Source of the DNA: a bacterium
GTDB lineage: Bacteria > Orphanbacterota > Orphanbacteria > JBJXGV01
Length of the DNA: 64,000 nt
Direction: 5' to 3'
Assembly: GCA_046160485.1 (NCBI GenBank)
Contig: JBJXGV010000063.1
Coordinates: 19,326 to 83,325 of the forward strand
Part shown: positions 57,352-64,000 of the stretch, piece by piece
How the letters are laid out: each line of letters begins with the position of its first letter
Numbering within the stretch: position 1 is the first letter of the stretch
The notes under the pieces: generated by a model
Database searches by the model: none
Seen by the model: the letters and a program-made list of their open reading frames with translations, nothing else
What the model was told of the DNA's origin: nothing
Program-made: the position numbers and the translations under genes

Positions 57352-59599
57352 CGCCGCTTTCGGCCGCGGCGGCGGCGCGCGCCGCCGCGAGTCGTTCGGC
57401 AAACTGCGCGTGCCCCGGGGCGAGTGCGAGCGCACGCTCGAAGCGTTCGACCGCACGAGCGGCTTCGTTCCTCTCGAGATCGACCTCACCGCGAAGCGCC
57501 CAGGCGAGCGCGAGCGACGGGCGTACTTCGATCGCGCGATCGAGGAGCGCCGCCGCGCGGGCGAGATCGCCGCTCTCGATGAATCGCAGCGCGGCTTGGC
57601 AGATTATGTCGGCGTCGCGCGGCGCCCAGCGAAGCGCGGCTTCCAGCTCGCGAGCGGCGCCGGCCTTGTCGCCGCGAAACTCGAGCGCCATCGCGAGGTT
57701 CGTGCGCGCGCGCACCTCGCCGGGATACGCCGCGATCGCGTCGCGAAGAAACGGCTCCGCGCGATCGAACAGCCCGACATGCATCAAGAAATCCGCCACG
57801 AGGTGGTAAGGCCGCGGCGATGTCGCGCGATCGAAAACTCCGAGGCTCTCGTATGGTCGGGGCGGCGGCAGCGACGAGCGCAGCCGCGCAATCGACGCAT
57901 CGAAATCCTCTGGCGCGACAAGCCGGCGAATTCGCGGCGCTTCCTCCGGCCGCACGAAGATCGCCGCCGCGGCGTCGAAGTAGACAAGTTCCCATTGAGG
58001 CAGCCGGCGCACCATGTCGATCGTCGCGAGCGATTCGAGCCCGATGAGGGTGGCACGAACTCCGAACTCGCGGCAGAACGCCTCCCAATCGGCGGGGTCC
58101 GCCGTGGCGCGCAGATAGCGCTCGAAGAAAGCGTCGCCGTAAACCTCCAGGCGCGGATCGATCGCCACCGTGAAGCCCTCGGCGATCAGAAACGACGACT
58201 CGCGCATAAGAGCGAAGATCGGTTCCGGCACGCCGCTTTCGCGCGCGAACGCAACCGCCTCGCCGGGCCATGTTTCTGCCGCGACGCCCGTGCCGAACTC
58301 GGCGATCTCGTGTCCATCGAGATAGAAACGGTTCGTCGCGAGCCCTCGAGCCGACACGAGCGCGAACGTTGCGATCGCGACGGCCCCGACGCGGGTGACG
58401 AGCGTCGCCCCGCGCGCGGAGAACGCGAAGCGGCCCCACGCGATCTTTCGCGCGTTGTCGAGGATGAGAGGGATCGCCGCGAGCGCGAAGAGCGGAACGT
58501 TGCGAGACGCCAGCGTGGAAAGGTAGAGCTGCGACGCGGCGACGAGGAGCAAGAACAGATCGACCCGGCGAAAGTTCGCGAGCGTCGTCGCCGCGGCGAT
58601 CGCGATGAGCGCGAGGTAGTAGCGAATCGGCGCGTACTCGCGGATGAGCGAGAACGGACTCACGAACTCCGACATCGCGCTTTTGAATATCGTTCCGCTT
58701 AAGTGGCTGAATTGAACCAGCGGGAACGTGAACGACTTCACGCCGTAGGGGTTGACGAGGCACGCGACGAGCGTCGCGATCAGCACCGCGGCGAGCGTGC
58801 GAAACTCGCGGCCGCTCAGGCGCGTCGCGTTGGGTGCGAGCGCGCCGCGCTCGAACGGCGCGATCGACGCCGCAAGGCACGCGCCGACGAGGCAGGGCCC
58901 CAAGATCGACAGCGCCTGAAAGTTCGTCCAGATCGCTTGCAAGACGGGGAGCGCGAGAATCGCCGCGCCGCCTCGGCGTCGGAAGCGCGTGAGTATCCAG
59001 AGAAACGACGCGATGAAGAGAAACGTGAAGATCTCGGGGCGCGCGTAGAAGCGAATCCGGCCCGCGAGGATCGCGATCGTGACGACCGCGCACGCGATGA
59101 TGGCTGTTCGGCGCGTTGCCGCGATCGCGGCGAGGAGCGCGATGGCGCTTCCGACGACCAGAGGAACGACGATCGTCGCGCCGCGCGCGCCGAACGCGTG
59201 GACCACGTGATGAAGATAGACGCAGTAGAGCCAGTGAAGCTCGATCCACTCTTCGCCCGCGCGCGTGTACGAGAACGGATCCACGCGCGGCGGCCCATGC
59301 TCCAAGACGTATTCGCCGGTCGCAAGCTGCCACCAGTAATCCGGCGGGCCGATCTTTCGGAGCGACGCGGCGGCGAGCAAAATCGCGACCGCGACGATGC
59401 AGGCGACGAGAAGCGCGCGGTCGATGGCGCTCGCGCGGCTCGCGGCGATTACGGCGCCCGCGTCGTTCGCTTTGCGCGCTGCGTTCGCGTAGCGCGCACC
59501 GGGCGCGCTCGGCGGCGCGGCCACCACGTCGCCGTCGTCCGCATTCGTCGTGTCGCCGCCGTGCATGCCGGCCATGATACTCGAAACCCCTCGTCGCAT
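57329..59599 (-). CDS. polytopic membrane protein with C-terminal TPR domain (GT-C glycosyltransferase-like architecture)
   Basis: About 12 predicted TM helices in the first 450 aa, then TPR-like repeats. Start is uncertain (alternative at MAGMHGG). Confidence 0.6.
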   Translation of the reverse strand: MRRGVSSIMAGMHGGDTTNADDGDVVAAPPSAPGARYANAARKANDAGAVIAASRASAIDRALLVACIVAVAILLAAASLRKIGPPDYWWQLATGEYVLEHGPPRVDPFSYTRAGEEWIELHWLYCVYLHHVVHAFGARGATIVVPLVVGSAIALLAAIAATRRTAIIACAVVTIAILAGRIRFYARPEIFTFLFIASFLWILTRFRRRGGAAILALPVLQAIWTNFQALSILGPCLVGACLAASIAPFERGALAPNATRLSGREFRTLAAVLIATLVACLVNPYGVKSFTFPLVQFSHLSGTIFKSAMSEFVSPFSLIREYAPIRYYLALIAIAAATTLANFRRVDLFLLLVAASQLYLSTLASRNVPLFALAAIPLILDNARKIAWGRFAFSARGATLVTRVGAVAIATFALVSARGLATNRFYLDGHEIAEFGTGVAAETWPGEAVAFARESGVPEPIFALMRESSFLIAEGFTVAIDPRLEVYGDAFFERYLRATADPADWEAFCREFGVRATLIGLESLATIDMVRRLPQWELVYFDAAAAIFVRPEEAPRIRRLVAPEDFDASIARLRSSLPPPRPYESLGVFDRATSPRPYHLVADFLMHVGLFDRAEPFLRDAIAAYPGEVRARTNLAMALEFRGDKAGAARELEAALRWAPRDADIICQAALRFIESGDLARAAALLDRAIEVRPSLALAWALRGEVDLERNEAARAVERFERALALAPGHAQFAERLAAARAAAAAESGATPTATP

Positions 59600-59602
59600 T
59601 GA

Positions 59603-61081
<1,479 letters not shown>

Positions 61082-61269
61082 GCCGGCCCCGGCCGTCCCG
61101 ACTGACAAATCAATCGACTTGCTGCGAGGCCGCTGCTACCATCACCGCCACTTGAGCACCTCCAGGTCGTGGCCGCCGCGGCTGCTTTCCCTCCGTCTTT
61201 CTTCTTCGTCCTCTTCGAGCGGCCGCCTCGACAATGGTTCGAACCTTCTTCCGGGGAAGGGAACCTGTC

Positions 61270-63492
61270 ATGTCGCTTCGCGCACCGCGCTTCGTCGTCT
61301 TCGTCGTCGCCTCGCTCGTCGTCGGTCTTACGCTCGTTTCACTCGTGCATTCAGAGGAGTGTGTCGACTACGGCGACTACCTGCACTCCGCCGGCGATCT
61401 CGCTGTCCCCGGGTACAGCGATCGCGTCGCGATCGCGGGGAACCGCTGCCTCGTCACGACGCAGTACGCCCTCGAGATCTACGACGTCACCAATCCCGAG
61501 GCCCTAACATTTCTGGGCGGGGTTGCCCTTCCAAGTCCCGGGATCGGCAGCGGCATCGCCGTTTCGGGGAAGAAAGCATTCATCGCCCGCGGTTCAGGGT
61601 TACAAGTCGTCGACTTCGCGAATCCCACGGCGCCAACTATCGTCGGTACCGCGAACGCGGCCGGGTGGGACGTAGCGCTCTCGGGAAATCTCGCGTTCAT
61701 CCCGGGCGGGGGCCTCGCCGGGGTCCGGATTGTGGACGTGACGAACCCATCATCTCCGTCGGTCATCGGGACGATCGATACTCCGGGTGACGCGGAGGAT
61801 GTCGCCGTCGCGAATGGCTACGCGTTCGTCGCCGATCTCGCTGGGGCGTGCTGCCCGCGCGGCGGTCTTGCGATCTTCAACATAGTGAATCCGATGTCGC
61901 CTGTACTCGTGGCTGTTGTCGACTCCACGATTTACGCCTACGACGTCGCGGTCGCGGGAGACTACGCATACGTTGTCGGTCAGCCGACGACCGGCTCGAT
62001 TGCGACGACACTCCACATCGTGAATGTCGCAAGCCCGAGCGCGCCGTTCGTGGTGAGTGAGCGCGACATTGCCCCCGATTCGCCGACCGATATCGTCGTG
62101 CGCGGCGGCACGGCGTTCGTCACGACGACCTCGTCGGGGCTTTGGACGGTCGACGTCTCCGATCCCGCGGATCCCGTGGTCATCGGACTCGCGCCCGCGG
62201 CGGGCACGGGGATCTCGTTGGGAACTAACCACGCGTATGTCGCCAACGGCTTCGGTCTGCGAATCGTCGATGTCTCGAATCCCTCTTCGGTGTCGACGTC
62301 GGCGACGTTGGACACGCCCGGTAGCGCCGGTGCTGTGGCGGTGTCTGGCACTCTCGCGTTCGTCGCGGACGGAGAGTTCGGGCTCCAGATCATCGATCTT
62401 TCCGCGCCGCTCAGCCCGGTTCTCGTCGGGAGCTTGGACACGTCGGGCTACGCGTGGGATGTGGCCGCGGCGGGGGACTACGCGTACGTTGCGGACGGAG
62501 CGACGGACGGGCTCTTGGTCGTGGATGTCTCCAACGCCAGCTCGCCAACCGTCGTGGGGCAAGTGAACGTGCCCGGCGGCGCCGTCGAGGTCGCGTTGCA
62601 GGGCGGGCTCGCGTACATCGCCGCGTCGAGCGGCGGTCTCCAGATCGTCGACGTGTCGGTCCCAACCGCACCCGTTATCGTCGGGAGCTACCAAACGTCG
62701 CAGGTCGCGTGGAACGTCGCGGTCAGCGGCCAGCATGCATACGTCACGGACGCGTTTCCAAACGCCACGTCGCGGATTCGCGCGGTGGATGTCTCGAACC
62801 CCACGGCCCCGTTTCTCGCGGGCAGTGTTCCCGCCCACCAATTCGGCGGCTCGCTCGCAATCGCGAACTCGCAGCTCTTCTATTCGAGGCCGTCCGTCGT
62901 GCAGGTTTTCGATCTCTCCAACCCGGCGTCACCCGCGCTCGTCGGATCGGTCGGCGCTTCGCCGACTCCGGGCGCCGTCGCCGTGACGGGAACCGCGCTG
63001 CACATGTGTCTGGGCGCATCCGGTTTTCAGGAGGCTGATATCGCGAGTCCGGCGACGCCGACGATTCTCGGAACCGTCGCCACCGACGGGCAGGCGTTGG
63101 AAGTCGCGATATTCGGCGGGTACGCCGTCGTCGCGGACGGACCTGCCGGACTCCAGATCATTCCGATTCATTGCACGAACGCGACGGCTGTGAAGCCCGG
63201 CCAGTCGTTCAGCGAAACGCCGAGTGTTCTGAGCGCACGACCGAATCCCGTGCTCTCGAGCGCGACATTCGGATTTCACCTCGACGCGCCGGGCCGCGTC
63301 GAAGTCGGTGTGTTCGATCTCACGGGCCGCCGTGTTCGCCATCTCTTCGAGGGCGGGATGCCCGCGGGCCCCGCCGCCGTCGAGTGGGATGGCCGCGACG
63401 GTTCGGGACGCCGCGTCTCGAGCGGCATCTACTTCGTTCAGCTCGCCTCCCCATCCGGGCGAATCGCGACGCGTGTCGAAGTTATTCGTTAA
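61270..63492 (+). CDS. secreted LVIVD-repeat (beta-propeller) protein with C-terminal T9SS-CTD / FlgD-Ig-like domain
   Basis: Signal peptide. At least 13 tandem units of about 40 aa (G..AVSG..AYVAD...GL.IVDVSNP..P). C-terminal 85 aa homologous to the FG-GAP protein tail. Confidence 0.8.
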   Translation: MSLRAPRFVVFVVASLVVGLTLVSLVHSEECVDYGDYLHSAGDLAVPGYSDRVAIAGNRCLVTTQYALEIYDVTNPEALTFLGGVALPSPGIGSGIAVSGKKAFIARGSGLQVVDFANPTAPTIVGTANAAGWDVALSGNLAFIPGGGLAGVRIVDVTNPSSPSVIGTIDTPGDAEDVAVANGYAFVADLAGACCPRGGLAIFNIVNPMSPVLVAVVDSTIYAYDVAVAGDYAYVVGQPTTGSIATTLHIVNVASPSAPFVVSERDIAPDSPTDIVVRGGTAFVTTTSSGLWTVDVSDPADPVVIGLAPAAGTGISLGTNHAYVANGFGLRIVDVSNPSSVSTSATLDTPGSAGAVAVSGTLAFVADGEFGLQIIDLSAPLSPVLVGSLDTSGYAWDVAAAGDYAYVADGATDGLLVVDVSNASSPTVVGQVNVPGGAVEVALQGGLAYIAASSGGLQIVDVSVPTAPVIVGSYQTSQVAWNVAVSGQHAYVTDAFPNATSRIRAVDVSNPTAPFLAGSVPAHQFGGSLAIANSQLFYSRPSVVQVFDLSNPASPALVGSVGASPTPGAVAVTGTALHMCLGASGFQEADIASPATPTILGTVATDGQALEVAIFGGYAVVADGPAGLQIIPIHCTNATAVKPGQSFSETPSVLSARPNPVLSSATFGFHLDAPGRVEVGVFDLTGRRVRHLFEGGMPAGPAAVEWDGRDGSGRRVSSGIYFVQLASPSGRIATRVEVIR

Positions 63493-63539
63493 GCGCGCGT
63501 ACTCGTGATGGCAAGAGCAACCGCCCGCGAGACCGGCCG

Positions 63540-64000
63540 TTGAACCTCGGCGCGCACTGCTCGGCGCAGGGCGGCGTGACGCGCGCGCTCGAGCGCGGCG
63601 CGTCGATCGGCTGCGGCGCCGTCGCTCTCTTCACGAAGAACAACAACCGCTGGTTCGAAAAGCCGCTCGACGCCGACGAGGTGCGCCGCTTTCGCAAGGC
63701 CGCGAAGGCGTTTCGCGCGCGCAATCTCATCTCGCACGCGGGCTATCTGATCAATCTCGCCAGCGCGAATCCCGAGATCCTCGAGAAATCGCTTACGTCG
63801 TTCGCCGACGAAGTGCGGCGCGCCGACGCGCTCGGGCTCGCGGGAGTCGTGGTTCATCCAGGCGCGCACATGGGGCTCGGCGAGGAGGCCGGGATCGCGC
63901 GGATCGCGGCGAGCCTCGACGCCGTCTGCGCGGAGACGCCCGGCGCGAAGACTCGCATCCTCCTCGAAACGACCGCGGGGCAGGGGACGGCGATCGGCTA
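63540..64000 (+). CDS. nfo: endonuclease IV (AP endonuclease family 2), 3'-truncated at window edge
   Basis: LGAHCSAQGG...ALFTKNNNRW...SHAGYLINL...VVVHPGAH...ILLETTAGQG match Nfo motifs. TTG start inferred. The antisense ORFs 63489..63869 and 63482..63730 are rejected. Confidence 0.6.
   Translation, partial: MNLGAHCSAQGGVTRALERGASIGCGAVALFTKNNNRWFEKPLDADEVRRFRKAAKAFRARNLISHAGYLINLASANPEILEKSLTSFADEVRRADALGLAGVVVHPGAHMGLGEEAGIARIAASLDAVCAETPGAKTRILLETTAGQGTAIG

Noticed and set aside
63482-63869. Minus-strand ORFs 63489..63869 and 63482..63730
   Set aside because: They are antisense to a reading frame with clear endonuclease IV motifs, and are Arg-rich.

Overview
High-GC (about 70%) bacterial chromosomal segment, compact, with frequent GTG/TTG starts and 1-4 nt stop/start overlaps. 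Domain content (T9SS-CTD/FlgD-Ig-like sorting domains, LVIVD and FG-GAP repeat proteins) is compatible with Gemmatimonadota-like or FCB-related bacteria; this is inference only. I found no rRNA, tRNA, CRISPR array or transposase/integrase. Gene content in order: a 5'-truncated TPR-CHAT protein, amidohydrolase, MDR oxidoreductase, lipoprotein, trxB, pepA; an 11-gene NADH:quinone oxidoreductase operon nuoABCDHIJKLMN that lacks nuoEFG and has a His-rich insertion in NuoL; a MerR-like regulator with a 5-Cys C-terminus translationally coupled to apbC/mrp and followed by a sigma-70 factor; a secreted FG-GAP repeat protein; a Nudix-[2Fe-2S] ferredoxin fusion; SDR; M24 peptidase; an A-type Fe-S carrier next to a ferredoxin fusion protein; an HD-domain / membrane protein / class II aldolase / alpha-beta hydrolase operon; a second paralogous sigma-70 factor; a lipoprotein, SGNH hydrolase and SAM methyltransferase; a pterin/folate cluster (PTPS-III-like QueD homolog with Glu at the catalytic Cys region, folE, MBL hydrolase, DHPS-like pterin-binding protein) interleaved with small membrane and Zn-ribbon proteins; lemA-htpX; two further zinc peptidases; nrnA; a System I cytochrome c maturation cluster in atypical order (ccmE-CBS-ccmF-ccmH-X-Y-ccmABCD) followed by a CadC/ToxR-like membrane regulator; an ankyrin lipoprotein; a large GT-C-like membrane protein with TPR; thiC; an LVIVD-repeat secreted protein; and the 5' part of nfo. 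The most system-like candidates are the Fe-S themed MerR(Cys)-ApbC-sigma operon with nearby Fe-S fusion proteins, and the FolB-bypass-type folate cluster with uncharacterised partners.
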